The position numbers and the translations under genes are program-made. The notes beneath the pieces are model-generated. The model made no database searches, was not told where the DNA came from, and was given only the letters and a program-made list of their open reading frames with translations. Below are positions 22,801-37,473 of a DNA stretch of 64,000 nt, in pieces; positions within the stretch are counted from its first letter, which is position 1, and the number at the start of each line of letters is the position of its first letter. The DNA comes from the human T2T-CHM13v2.0 reference genome, Homo sapiens: the NCBI RefSeq assembly GCF_009914755.1, contig NC_060928.1. One strand, given 5' to 3'.

Positions 22801-25800
22801 TTTCTTTGGAAACGGGAGTTTCTTCATAGAAACTCAAGACAGATGCATTCTCAGAAACATCTCTGTGATGTTTGCATTCCACTCATAGAGTTGAAAACTT
22901 CCTTTCATAGAGCAGGTTTGAAACACTCTTTTTGTAATATTTGGAAGTGGACATTTGCAGCGCTTTGAGGCCTATGGTGAAAAAGGAAATATCTTCTCAT
23001 AAAAACCAGAAACAAGCATTCTCAGAAACTTCTTTTTGATGTGTGTACTCAAGTAACAGAGTTGAACCTTCCTTTTGACACAGCAGTTTTGAAACAATCT
23101 TTTTGTAGAATCTGCAAGTGGATATTTGGATAGCTTTGAGGATTTCGTTGGAAACGGGATATCTTCATATAAAATCTAGACAGAAGCATTCTCAGAAACT
23201 TCTTTGTGCTGTATGTCCTCAATTAACAGAGTTGAACCATTGCTTGGATACAGCATTTTGGAAACATTCCTTGAGTAGAATCTGCAAGTTGATATTTAGA
23301 TAGATTTGAAGATTTCGTTGGAAAAGGGAATATCTCCATATAAAATCTAGAGGGAAGCATTCTCAGAAACTGCTTTGTGATGTTTCCATTCAAGTCACAG
23401 AGTTGAATATTCCCTTTTATAGAGCACGTTTGAAACACTCTTTCTGCACTATCTGGAAGTGGACATTTCGAGCGCTTTGAGGCCTATGGTGAAAAAGGAA
23501 ATATCTTCCCATAAAAACTAGACAGAAGCATTCTCAGAAACTTGTTTGTGATGTGTGTATTCAACTAACAGAGTTGAACTTTTGTTTTTACAGAGCCGTT
23601 TTAAAACACTCTTTTTGTGGAATCAGAAAGTGGATATTCGGATGGCTCTGAGGATTTCGTTGGAAGCGGGATTACATATAAAATCTAGAGAGAAGCATTC
23701 TCAGGAACTTCTTTGTGATGTTTGCATTGAAGTCACAGAATTGAACATTCACTTTGATAGAGCAGGTTTGAAACACTCATTCTGTAGTATCTGGAAGTGG
23801 ACATTTCAAGCGCTTTCAGGCCTATGGTGAGAAAGGAAATATCTTCGAATAAAAACTAGACAGAAGCATCCTCAGAAACTTATTTGTGATGTGTGTCCTC
23901 AACTAACAGAGTTGAAACTTTGTTTTGATACAGCATTTTGGAAACACTCTTTTTGTAGAATCTGCAGGTGGATATTTGGATAGCTTAGAGGGATTCGTTG
24001 GAAAGGGGATATCTTCATATAAAATCTAGACAGAAGCATTCTCAGAAACTTATTTGTGATGTGTGTCCTCAACTAACAGAGTTGAACCTTGGTTTTGATA
24101 CAGCATTTTGGAAACACTCCTTTTGTAGAATCTGCAGGTGGATATGTGGATAGCTCTGAAGATTTCGTTGGAAACGGGAATTTCTTCATATAAAATCAAA
24201 CAGAAGCATTCTCAGAAACTTCTCAGTGATGTTTGCATTCAGCTCATGGAGTTGAACACTTCCTTTCATAGAGCCGGTTTGAAACACTCTTTCTGCACTA
24301 CCTGGAAGAGGACATTTCGAGCGCTTTGAGTCCTATGGTGAAAAAGGAAATATCTTCTCATAAAAACCAGAAAGAAGCATTCTCAGAAACTTCTTTGTGT
24401 TGTGTGTACTCATGTAACAGTGTTGAACCATCCTTTTGACAGAGCAGTTTTGAAACACTCTTTTTGTAGAATCTGCAAGTGGATATTTGGATAGCTTTGA
24501 GGATTTCGTTGGAAACGGGATGACATATAATATCTAGAGAGAAGCATACTCAGGAACTTCTTTGTGATGTTTGCATTCAAGTCACAGAATTGAACATTCC
24601 CTTTCATAGAGCAGGTTTGAAACACTCTTTCTCTAGTATCTGGAAGTGGGCATTTCAAGCGCTTTCAGGCCTATGGAGAGAAAGGAAATACCTTCAAATA
24701 AAAACTAGACAGAAGCATTCTCAGAAACTTATTTGTGATGTGTGTCCTCAACTAACAGAGTTGAACCTTTGTTTTGATACAGCATTTTGGAAACACTCCT
24801 TTTGTAGAATCTGCAGGTGGATATTTGGATAACTTTGAAGATTTCGTTGGAAACCGGAATATCTTCATATAAAATCAAGACAGAAGCATTCTCGGAAACA
24901 TCTCTGTGATGTTTGCATTCAACTCAGTAGAGTTGAACACTTCCTTTCATAGAGCAGGTTTGAAACACTCTTTCTGCACTACCTGGAAGCGGACATTTCG
25001 AGCGCTTTGAGGCCTATGGTGAAAAAGGAAATATCTTCTCATAAAAACCAGAAAGAAGCATTCTCAGAAACTTCTTTGTGTTGTGTGTACTCAAGTAACA
25101 GTGTTGAACCTTCCTTTTGACACAGCAGTTTTGAAACACTCTTTTGGTAGAATCTGCAAGTGGATATTTGGATAGCTTTGAGGATTTCGTTGGAAACGGG
25201 TTATCTTCATATAAAATCCAGACAGGAGCATTCTCAGAAACTTCTTTGTGCTGCATGTCCTCAATTCACAGAGCTGAACCTTTGTTTGGATACAGCATTT
25301 TGGAAACATTCCTTTAGTAGAATCTGCAAGTTGATATTTAGATAGCTTTGAAGATTTCGTTGGAAACGGGAATATCTTCATAGAAAATCTAGACGGAAGC
25401 ATTCTCAGAAACTGCTTTGTGATGTTTGCATTCAAGTCACAGAGTTGAATATTCCCTTTTATAGAGTAGGTTTGAAACACTCTTTCGGCACTACCTGGAA
25501 GTGGATATTTCGAGCTCTTTGAGGCCTATGGTTAAAAGGAAATATCTTCCCATAAAAACTAGACAGAAGCCGTCTCAGAAACTTGTTTGTGATGTGTGTA
25601 TTCAACTACCAGAGTTGAACATTTCTGTTACAGAGCAATTTTAAAACACTCTTTTTGTGGAATCTGAAAGTGGATAATTGGATAGCTTTGTGGATTTCGT
25701 TGGAAACGGGATGACGTATAAAATCTAGAGAGAAGCATTCTCAGGAACTTCTTTGTGATGTTTGCATTCAAGTCACAGAATTGAACATTCCTTTTCATAG

Positions 25801-28800
25801 TGCAGGTTTGAAACACTCTTTCTGTAGTATCTGGAAGTGGACATTTCAAGCGCTTTCAGGCCTACGGGGAGAAAGGAAATATCTTCAAATAAAAACTAGA
25901 CAGAAGGATTCTCAGAAACTTATTTGTGATGTGTGTCCTAAACGAACACAGTTGAACCTTTGTTTTGATACAGCATTTTGGAAACACTCCTTTTGTAGGA
26001 TCTGCAGGTGGATATTTGGATAGATTTTAAGATTTCGTTGGAAACGGGAGTTTCTTCATAGAAACTCAAGACAGATGCATTCTCAGAAACATCTCTGTGA
26101 TGTTTGCATTCCACTCATAGAGTTGAAAACTTCCTTTCATAGAGCAGGTTTGAAACACTCTTTTTGTAATATTTGGAAGTGGACATTTGCAGCGCTTTGA
26201 GGCCTATGGTGAAAAAGGAAATATCTTCTCATAAAAACCAGAAACAAGCATTCTCAGAAACTTCTTTTTGATGTGTGTACTCAAGTAACAGAGTTGAACC
26301 TTCCTTTTGACACAGCAGTTTTGAAACAATCTTTTTGTAGAATCTGCAAGTGGATATTTGGATAGCTTTGAGGATTTCGTTGGAAACGGGATATCTTCAT
26401 ATAAAATCTAGACAGAAGCATTCTCAGAAACTTCTTTGTGCTGTATGTCCTCAATTAACAGAGTTGAACCATTGCTTGGATACAGCATTTTGGAAACATT
26501 CCTTGAGTAGAATCTGCAAGTTGATATTTAGATAGATTTGAAGATTTCGTTGGAAAAGGGAATATCTCCATATAAAATCTAGAGGGAAGCATTCTCAGAA
26601 ACTGCTTTGTGATGTTTCCATTCAAGTCACAGAGTTGAATATTCCCTTTTATAGAGCACGTTTGAAACACTCTTTCTGCACTATCTGGAAGTGGACATTT
26701 CGAGCGCTTTGAGGCCTATGGTGAAAAAGGAAATATCTTCCCATAAAAACTAGACAGAAGCATTCTCAGAAACTTGTTTGTGATGTGTGTATTCAACTAA
26801 CAGAGTTGAACTTTTGTTTTTACAGAGCCGTTTTAAAACACTCTTTTTGTGGAATCAGAAAGTGGATATTCGGATGGCTCTGAGGATTTCGTTGGAAGCG
26901 GGATTACATATAAAATCTAGAGAGAAGCATTCTCAGGAACTTCTTTGTGATGTTTGCATTGAAGTCACAGAATTGAACATTCACTTTGATAGAGCAGGTT
27001 TGAAACACTCATTCTGTAGTATCTGGAAGTGGACATTTCAAGCGCTTTCAGGCCTATGGTGAGAAAGGAAATATCTTCGAATAAAAACTAGACAGAAGCA
27101 TCCTCAGAAACTTATTTGTGATGTGTGTCCTCAACTAACAGAGTTGAAACTTTGTTTTGATACAGCATTTTGGAAACACTCTTTTTGTAGAATCTGCAGG
27201 TGGATATTTGGATAGCTTAGAGGGATTCATTGGAAAGGGGATATCTTCATATAAAATCTAGACAGAAGCATTCTCAGAAACTTATTTGTGATGTGTGTCC
27301 TCAACTAACAGAGTTGAACCTTGGTTTTGATACAGCATTTTGGAAACGCTCCTTTTGTAGAATCTGCAGGTGGATATGTGGATAGCTCTGAAGATTTCGT
27401 TGGAAACGGGAATTTCTTCATATAAAATCAAACAGAAGCATTCTCAGAAACTTCTCAGTGATGTTTGCATTCAGCTCATGGAGTTGAACACTTCCTTTCA
27501 TAGAGCCGGTTTGAAACACTCTTTCTGCACTACCTGGAAGAGGACATTTCGAGCGCTTTGAGTCCTATGGTGAAAAAGGAAATATCTTCTCATAAAAACC
27601 AGAAAGAAGCATTCTCAGAAACTTCTTTGTGTTGTGTGTACTCATGTAACAGTGTTGAACCATCCTTTTGACAGAGCAGTTTTGAAACACTCTTTTTGTA
27701 GAATCTGCAAGTGGATATTTGGATAGCTTTGAGGATTTCGTTGGAAACGGGATGACATATAATATCTAGAGAGAAGCATACTCAGGAACTTCTTTGTGAT
27801 GTTTGCATTCAAGTCACAGAATTGAACATTCCCTTTCATAGAGCAGGTTTGAAACACTCTTTCTCTAGTATCTGGAAGTGGGCATTTCAAGCGCTTTCAG
27901 GCCTATGGAGAGAAAGGAAATACCTTCAAATAAAAACTAGACAGAAGCATTCTCAGAAACTTATTTGTGATGTGTGTCCTCAACTAACAGAGTTGAACCT
28001 TTGTTTTGATACAGCATTTTGGAAACACTCCTTTTGTAGAATCTGCAGGTGGATATTTGGATAACTTTGAAGATTTCGTTGGAAACCGGAATATCTTCAT
28101 ATAAAATCAAGACAGAAGCATTCTCGGAAACATCTCTGTGATGTTTGCATTCAACTCAGTAGAGTTGAACACTTCCTTTCATAGAGCAGGTTTGAAACAC
28201 TCTTTCTGCACTACCTGGAAGCGGACATTTCGAGCGCTTTGAGGCCTATGGTGAAAAAGGAAATATCTTCTCATAAAAACCAGAAAGAAGCATTCTCAGA
28301 AACTTCTTTGTGTTGTGTGTACTCAAGTAACAGTGTTGAACCTTCCTTTTGACACAGCAGTTTTGAAACACTCTTTTGGTAGAATCTGCAAGTGGATATT
28401 TGGATAGCTTTGAGGATTTCGTTGGAAACGGGTTATCTTCATATAAAATCCAGACAGGAGCATTCTCAGAAACTTCTTTGTGCTGCATGTCCTCAATTCA
28501 CAGAGCTGAACCTTTGTTTGGATACAGCATTTTGGAAACATTCCTTTAGTAGAATCTGCAAGTTGATATTTAGATAGCTTTGAAGATTTCGTTGGAAACG
28601 GGAATATCTTCATAGAAAATCTAGACGGAAGCATTCTCAGAAACTGCTTTGTGATGTTTGCATTCAAGTCACAGAGTTGAATATTCCCTTTTATAGAGTA
28701 GGTTTGAAACACTCTTTCGGCACTACCTGGAAGTGGATATTTCGAGCTCTTTGAGGCCTATGGTTAAAAGGAAATATCTTCCCATAAAAACTAGACAGAA

Positions 28801-31800
28801 GCCGTCTCAGAAACTTGTTTGTGATGTGTGTATTCAACTACCAGAGTTGAACATTTCTGTTACAGAGCAATTTTAAAACACTCTTTTTGTGGAATCTGAA
28901 AGTGGATAATTGGATAGCTTTGTGGATTTCGTTGGAAACGGGATGACGTATAAAATCTAGAGAGAAGCATTCTCAGGAACTTCTTTCTGATGTTTGCATT
29001 CAAGTCACAGAATTGAACATTCCTTTTCATAGTGCAGGTTTGAAACACTCTTTCTGTAGTATCTGGAAGTGGACATTTCAAGCGCTTTCAGGCCTACGGG
29101 GAGAAAGGAAATATCTTCAAATAAAAACTAGACAGAAGGATTCTCAGAAACTTATTTGTGATGTGTGTCCTAAACGAACACAGTTGAACCTTTGTTTTGA
29201 TACAGCATTTTGGAAACACTCCTTTTGTAGGATCTTCAGGTGGATATTTGGATAGATTTTAAGATTTCGTTGGAAACGGGAGTTTCTTCATAGAAACTCA
29301 AGACAGATGCATTCTCAGAAACATCTCTGTGATGTTTGCATTCCACTCATAGAGTTGAAAACTTCCTTTCATAGAGCAGGTTTGAAACACTCTTTTTGTA
29401 ATATTTGGAAGTGGACATTTGCAGCGCTTTGAGGCCTATGGTGAAAAAGGAAATATCTTCTCATAAAAACCAGAAACAAGCATTCTCAGAAACTTCTTTT
29501 TGATGTGTGTACTCAAGTAACAGAGTTGAACCTTCCTTTTGACACAGCAGTTTTGAAACAATCTTTTTGTAGAATCTGCAAGTGGATATTTGGATAGCTT
29601 TGAGGATTTCGTTGGAAACGGGATATCTTCATATAAAATCTAGACAGAAGCATTCTCAGAAACTTCTTTGTGCTGTATGTCCTCAATTAACAGAGTTGAA
29701 CCATTGCTTGGATACAGCATTTTGGAAACATTCCTTGAGTAGAATCTGCAAGTTGATATTTAGATAGATTTGAAGATTTCGTTGGAAAAGGGAATATCTC
29801 CATATAAAATCTAGAGGGAAGCATTCTCAGAAACTGCTTTGTGATGTTTCCATTCAAGTCACAGAGTTGAATATTCCCTTTTATAGAGCACGTTTGAAAC
29901 ACTCTTTCTGCACTATCTGGAAGTGGACATTTCGAGCGCTTTGAGGCCTATGGTGAAAAAGGAAATATCTTCCCATAAAAACTAGACAGAAGCATTCTCA
30001 GAAACTTGTTTGTGATGTGTGTATTCAACTAACAGAGTTGAACTTTTGTTTTTACAGAGCCGTTTTAAAACACTCTTTTTGTGGAATCAGAAAGTGGATA
30101 TTCGGATGGCTCTGAGGATTTCGTTGGAAGCGGGATTACATATAAAATCTAGAGAGAAGCATTCTCAGGAACTTCTTTGTGATGTTTGCATTGAAGTCAC
30201 AGAATTGAACATTCACTTTGATAGAGCAGGTTTGAAACACTCATTCTGTAGTATCTGGAAGTGGACATTTCAAGCGCTTTCAGGCCTATGGTGAGAAAGG
30301 AAATATCTTCGAATAAAAACTAGACAGAAGCATCCTCAGAAACTTATTTGTGATGTGTGTCCTCAACTAACAGAGTTGAAACTTTGTTTTGATACAGCAT
30401 TTTGGAAACACTCTTTTTGTAGAATCTGCAGGTGGATATTTGGATAGCTTAGAGGGATTCGTTGGAAAGGGGATATCTTCATATAAAATCTAGACAGAAG
30501 CATTCTCAGAAACTTATTTGTGATGTGTGTCCTCAACTAACAGAGTTGAACCTTGGTTTTGATACAGCATTTTGGAAACGCTCCTTTTGTAGAATCTGCA
30601 GGTGGATATGTGGATAGCTCTGAAGATTTCGTTGGAAACGGGAATTTCTTCATATAAAATCAAACAGAAGCATTCTCAGAAACTTCTCAGTGATGTTTGC
30701 ATTCAGCTCATGGAGTTGAACACTTCCTTTCATAGAGCCGGTTTGAAACACTCTTTCTGCACTACCTGGAAGAGGACATTTCGAGCGCTTTGAGTCCTAT
30801 GGTGAAAAAGGAAATATCTTCTCATAAAAACCAGAAAGAAGCATTCTCAGAAACTTCTTTGTGTTGTGTGTACTCATGTAACAGTGTTGAACCATCCTTT
30901 TGACAGAGCAGTTTTGAAACACTCTTTTTGTAGAATCTGCAAGTGGATATTTGGATAGCTTTGAGGATTTCGTTGGAAACGGGATGACATATAATATCTA
31001 GAGAGAAGCATTCTCAGGAACTTCTTTGTGATGTTTGCATTCAAGTCACAGAATTGAACATTCCCTTTCATAGAGCAGGTTTGAAACACTCTTTCTCTAG
31101 TATCTGGAAGTGGGCATTTCAAGCGCTTTCAGGCCTATGGAGAGAAAGGAAATACCTTCAAATAAAAACTAGACAGAAGCATTCTCAGAAACTTATTTGT
31201 GATGTGTGTCCTCAACTAACAGAGTTGAACCTTTGTTTTGATACAGCATTTTGGAAACACTCCTTTTGTAGAATCTGCAGGTGGATATTTGGATAACTTT
31301 GAAGATTTCGTTGGAAACCGGAATATCTTCATATAAAATCAAGACAGAAGCATTCTCGGAAACATCTCTGTGATGTTTGCATTCAACTCAGTAGAGTTGA
31401 ACACTTCCTTTCATAGAGCAGGTTTGAAACACTCTTTCTGCACTACCTGGAAGCGGACATTTCGAGCGCTTTGAGGCCTATGGTGAAAAAGGAAATATCT
31501 TCTCATAAAAACCAGAAAGAAGCATTCTCAGAAACTTCTTTGTGTTGTGTGTACTCAAGTAACAGTGTTGAACCTTCCTTTTGACACAGCAGTTTTGAAA
31601 CACTCTTTTGGTAGAATCTGCAAGTGGATATTTGGATAGCTTTGAGGATTTCGTTGGAAACGGGTTATCTTCATATAAAATCCAGACAGGAGCATTCTCA
31701 GAAACTTCTTTGTGCTGCATGTCCTCAATTCACAGAGCTGAACCTTTGTTTGGATACAGCATTTTGGAAACATTCCTTTAGTAGAATCTGCAAGTTGATA

Positions 31801-34800
31801 TTTAGATAGCTTTGAAGATTTCGTTGGAAACGGGAATATCTTCATAGAAAATCTAGACGGAAGCATTCTCAGAAACTGCTTTGTGATGTTTGCATTCAAG
31901 TCACAGAGTTGAATATTCCCTTTTATAGAGTAGGTTTGAAACACTCTTTCGGCACTACCTGGAAGTGGATATTTCGAGCTCTTTGAGGCCTATGGTTAAA
32001 AGGAAATATCTTCCCATAAAAACTAGACAGAAGCCGTCTCAGAAACTTGTTTGTGATGTGTGTATTCAACTACCAGAGTTGAACATTTCTGTTACAGAGC
32101 AATTTTAAAACACTCTTTTTGTGGAATCTGAAAGTGGATAATTGGATAGCTTTGTGGATTTCGTTGGAAACGGGATGACGTATAAAATCTAGAGAGAAGC
32201 ATTCTCAGGAACTTCTTTCTGATGTTTGCATTCAAGTCACAGAATTGAACATTCCTTTTCATAGTGCAGGTTTGAAACACTCTTTCTGTAGTATCTGGAA
32301 GTGGACATTTCAAGCGCTTTCAGGCCTACGGGGAGAAAGGAAATATCTTCAAATAAAAACTAGACAGAAGGATTCTCAGAAACTTATTTGTGATGTGTGT
32401 CCTAAACGAACACAGTTGAACCTTTGTTTTGATACAGCATTTTGGAAACACTCCTTTTGTAGGATCTGCAGGTGGATATTTGGATAGATTTTAAGATTTC
32501 ATTGGAAACGGGAGTTTCTTCATAGAAACTCAAGACAGATGCATTCTCAGAAACATCTCTGTGATGTTTGCATTCCACTCATAGAGTTGAAAACTTCCTT
32601 TCATAGAGCAGGTTTGAAACACTCTTTTTGTAATATTTGGAAGTGGACATTTGCAGCGCTTTGAGGCCTATGGTGAAAAAGGAAATATCTTCTCATAAAA
32701 ACCAGAAACAAGCATTCTCAGAAACTTCTTTTTGATGTGTGTACTCAAGTAACAGAGTTGAACCTTCCTTTTGACACAGCAGTTTTGAAACAATCTTTTT
32801 GTAGAATCTGCAAGTGGATATTTGGATAGCTTTGAGGATTTCGTTGGAAACGGGATATCTTCATATAAAATCTAGACAGAAGCATTCTCAGAAACTTCTT
32901 TGTGCTGTATGTCCTCAATTAACAGAGTTGAACCATTGCTTGGATACAGCATTTTGGAAACATTCCTTGAGTAGAATCTGCAAGTTGATATTTAGATAGA
33001 TTTGAAGATTTCGTTGGAAAAGGGAATATCTCCATATAAAATCTAGAGGGAAGCATTCTCAGAAACTGCTTTGTGATGTTTCCATTCAAGTCACAGAGTT
33101 GAATATTCCCTTTTATAGAGCACGTTTGAAACACTCTTTCTGCACTATCTGGAAGTGGACATTTCGAGCGCTTTGAGGCCTATGGTGAAAAAGGAAATAT
33201 CTTCCCATAAAAACTAGACAGAAGCATTCTCAGAAACTTGTTTGTGATGTGTGTATTCAACTAACAGAGTTGAACTTTTGTTTTTACAGAGCCGTTTTAA
33301 AACACTCTTTTTGTGGAATCAGAAAGTGGATATTCGGATGGCTCTGAGGATTTCGTTGGAAGCGGGATTACATATAAAATCTAGAGAGAAGCATTCTCAG
33401 GAACTTCTTTGTGATGTTTGCATTGAAGTCACAGAATTGAACATTCACTTTGATAGAGCAGGTTTGAAACACTCATTCTGTAGTATCTGGAAGTGGACAT
33501 TTCAAGCGCTTTCAGGCCTATGGTGAGAAAGGAAATATCTTCGAATAAAAACTAGACAGAAGCATCCTCAGAAACTTATTTGTGATGTGTGTCCTCAACT
33601 AACAGAGTTGAAACTTTGTTTTGATACAGCATTTTGGAAACACTCTTTTTGTAGAATCTGCAGGTGGATATTTGGATAGCTTAGAGGGATTCGTTGGAAA
33701 GGGGATATCTTCATATAAAATCTAGACAGAAGCATTCTCAGAAACTTATTTGTGATGTGTGTCCTCAACTAACAGAGTTGAACCTTGGTTTTGATACAGC
33801 ATTTTGGAAACACTCCTTTTGTAGAATCTGCAGGTGGATATGTGGATAGCTCTGAAGATTTCGTTGGAAACGGGAATTTCTTCATATAAAATCAAACAGA
33901 AGCATTCTCAGAAACTTCTCAGTGATGTTTGCATTCAGCTCATGGAGTTGAACACTTCCTTTCATAGAGCCGGTTTGAAACACTCTTTCTGCACTACCTG
34001 GAAGAGGACATTTCGAGCGCTTTGAGTCCTATGGTGAAAAAGGAAATATCTTCTCATAAAAACCAGAAAGAAGCATTCTCAGAAACTTCTTTGTGTTGTG
34101 TGTACTCATGTAACAGTGTTGAACCATCCTTTTGACAGAGCAGTTTTGAAACACTCTTTTTGTAGAATCTGCAAGTGGATATTTGGATAGCTTTGAGGAT
34201 TTCGTTGGAAACGGGATGACATATAATATCTAGAGAGAAGCATTCTCAGGAACTTCTTTGTGATGTTTGCATTCAAGTCACAGAATTGAACATTCCCTTT
34301 CATAGAGCAGGTTTGAAACACTCTTTCTCTAGTATCTGGAAGTGGGCATTTCAAGCGCTTTCAGGCCTATGGAGAGAAAGGAAATACCTTCAAATAAAAA
34401 CTAGACAGAAGCATTCTCAGAAACTTATTTGTGATGTGTGTCCTCAACTAACAGAGTTGAACCTTTGTTTTGATACAGCATTTTGGAAACACTCCTTTTG
34501 TAGAATCTGCAGGTGGATATTTGGATAACTTTGAAGATTTCGTTGGAAACCGGAATATCTTCATATAAAATCAAGACAGAAGCATTCTCGGAAACATCTC
34601 TGTGATGTTTGCATTCAACTCAGTAGAGTTGAACACTTCCTTTCATAGAGCCGGTTTGAAACACTCTTTCTGCACTACCTGGAAGCGGACATTTCGAGCG
34701 CTTTGAGGCCTATGGTGAAAAAGGAAATATCTTCTCATAAAAACCAGAAAGAAGCATTCTCAGAAACTTCTTTGTGTTGTGTGTACTCAAGTAACAGTGT

Positions 34801-36456
34801 TGAACCTTCCTTTTGACACAGCAGTTTTGAAACACTCTTTTGGTAGAATCTGCAAGTGGATATTTGGATAGCTTTGAGGATTTCGTTGGAAACGGGTTAT
34901 CTTCATATAAAATCCAGACAGGAGCATTCTCAGAAACTTCTTTGTGCTGCATGTCCTCAATTCACAGAGCTGAACCTTTGTTTGGATACAGCATTTTGGA
35001 AACATTCCTTTAGTAGAATCTGCAAGTTGATATTTAGATAGCTTTGAAGATTTCGTTGGAAACGGGAATATCTTCATAGAAAATCTAGACGGAAGCATTC
35101 TCAGAAACTGCTTTGTGATGTTTGCATTCAAGTCACAGAGTTGAATATTCCCTTTTATAGACTAGGTTTGAAACACTCTTTCGGCACTACCTGGAAGTGG
35201 ATATTTCGAGCTCTTTGAGGCCTATGGTTAAAAGGAAATATCTTCCCATAAAAACTAGACAGAAGCCGTCTCAGAAACTTGTTTGTGATGTGTGTATTCA
35301 ACTACCAGAGTTGAACATTTCTGTTACAGAGCAATTTTAAAACACTCTTTTTGTGGAATCTGAAAGTGGATAATTGGATAGCTTTGTGGATTTCGTTGGA
35401 AACGGGATGACGTATAAAATCTAGAGAGAAGCATTCTCAGGAACTTCTTTGTGATGTTTGCATTCAAGTCACAGAATTGAACATTCCTTTTCATAGTGCA
35501 GGTTTGAAACACTCTTTCTGTAGTATCTGGAAGTGGACATTTCAAGCGCTTTCAGGCCTACGGGGAGAAAGGAAATATCTTCAAATAAAAACTAGACAGA
35601 AGGATTCTCAGAAACTTATTTGTGATGTGTGTCCTAAACGAACACAGTTGAACCTTTGTTTAGATACAGCATTTTGGAAACACTCCTTTTGTAGGATCTG
35701 CAGGTGGATATTTGGATAGATTTTAAGATTTCGTTGGAAACGGGAGTTTCTTCATAGAAACTCAAGACAGATGCATTCTCAGAAACATCTCTGTGATGTT
35801 TGCATTCCACTCATAGAGTTGAAAACTTCCTTTCATAGAGCAGGTTTGAAACACTCTTTTTGTAATATTTGGAAGTGGACATTTGCAGCGCTTTGAGGCC
35901 TATGGTGAAAAAGGAAATATCTTCTCATAAAAACCAGAAACAAGCATTCTCAGAAACTTCTTTTTGATGTGTGTACTCAAATAACAGAGTTGAACCTTCC
36001 TTTTGACACAGCAGTTTTGAAACAATCTTTTTGTAGAATCTGCAAGTGGATATTTGGATAGCTTTGAGGATTTCGTTGGAAACGGGATATCTTCATATAA
36101 AATCTAGACAGAAGCATTCTCAGAAACTTCTTTGTGCTGTATGTCCTCAATTAACAGAGTTGAACCATTGCTTGGATACAGCATTTTGGAAACATTCCTT
36201 TAGTAGAATCTGCAAGTTGATATTTAGATAGATTTGAAGATTTCGTTGGAAAAGGGAATATCTCCATATAAAATCTAGACGGAAGCATTCTCAGAAACTG
36301 CTTTGTGATGTTTCCATTCAAGTCACAGAGTTGAATATTCCCTTTTATAGAGCACGTTTGAAACACTCTTTCTGCACTATCTGGAAGTGGACATTTCGAG
36401 CGCTTTGAGGCCTATGGTGAAAAAGGAAATATCTTCCCATAAAAATTAGACAGAAG
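13833..36456 (+). repeat. Run of seven canonical 19-mer HORs (starts 13833, 17065, 20297, 23529, 26761, 29993, 33225)
   Basis: Exact 3232-bp periodicity in the ORF track. Confidence 0.93.
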
Positions 36457-37473
36457 CATTCTCAGAAACTTGTTTGTGATGTGTGTATTCAACTAACAGA
36501 GTTGAACTTTTGTTTTTACAGAGCCGTTTTAAAACACTCTTTTTGTGGAATCAGAAAGTGGATATTCGGATGGCTCTGAGGATTTCGTTGGAAGCGGGAT
36601 TACATATAAAATCTAGAGAGAAGCATTCTCAGGAACTTCTTTGTGATGTTTGCATTGAAGTCACAGAATTGAACATTCACTTTGATAGAGCAGGTTTGAA
36701 ACACTCATTCTGTAGTATCTGGAAGTGGACATTTCAAGCGCTTTCAGGCCTATGGTGAAAAAGGAAATATCTTCGAATAAAAACTAGACAGAAGCATCCT
36801 CAGAAACTTATTTGTGATGTGTGTCCTCAACTAACAGAGTTGAAACTTTGTTTTGATACAGCATTTTGGAAACACTCCTTTTGTAGAATCTGCAGGTGGA
36901 TATGTGGATAGCTCTGAAGATTTCGTTGGAAACGGGAATTTCTTCATATAAAATCAAACAGAAGCATTCTCAGAAACTTCTCAGTGATGTTTGCATTCAG
37001 CTCATGGAGTTGAACACTTCCTTTCATAGAGCCGGTTTGAAACACTCTTTCTGCACTACCTGGAAGAGGCCATTTCGAGCGCTTTGAGTCCTATGGTGAA
37101 AAAGGAAATATCTTCTCATAAAAACCAGAAAGAAGCATTCTCAGAAACTTCTTTGTGTTGTGTGTACTCATGTAACAGTGTTGAACCATCCTTTTGACAG
37201 AGCAGTTTTGAAACACTCTTTTTGTAGAATCTGCAAGTGGATATTTGGATAGCTTTGAGGATTTCGTTGGAAACGGGATGACATATAATATCTAGAGAGA
37301 AGCATTCTCAGGAACTTCTTTGTGCTGTTTGCATTCAAGTCACAGAATTGAACATTCCCTTTCATAGAGCAGATTTGAAACACTCTTTCTCTAGTATCTG
37401 GAAGTGGGCATTTCAAGCGCTTTCAGGCCTATTGAGAGAAAGGAAATACCTTCAAATAAAAACTAGACAGAAG
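36457..37473 (+). repeat. 6-mer HOR variant (1017 bp)
   Basis: Spacing 36483 to 37500. Confidence 0.92.
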
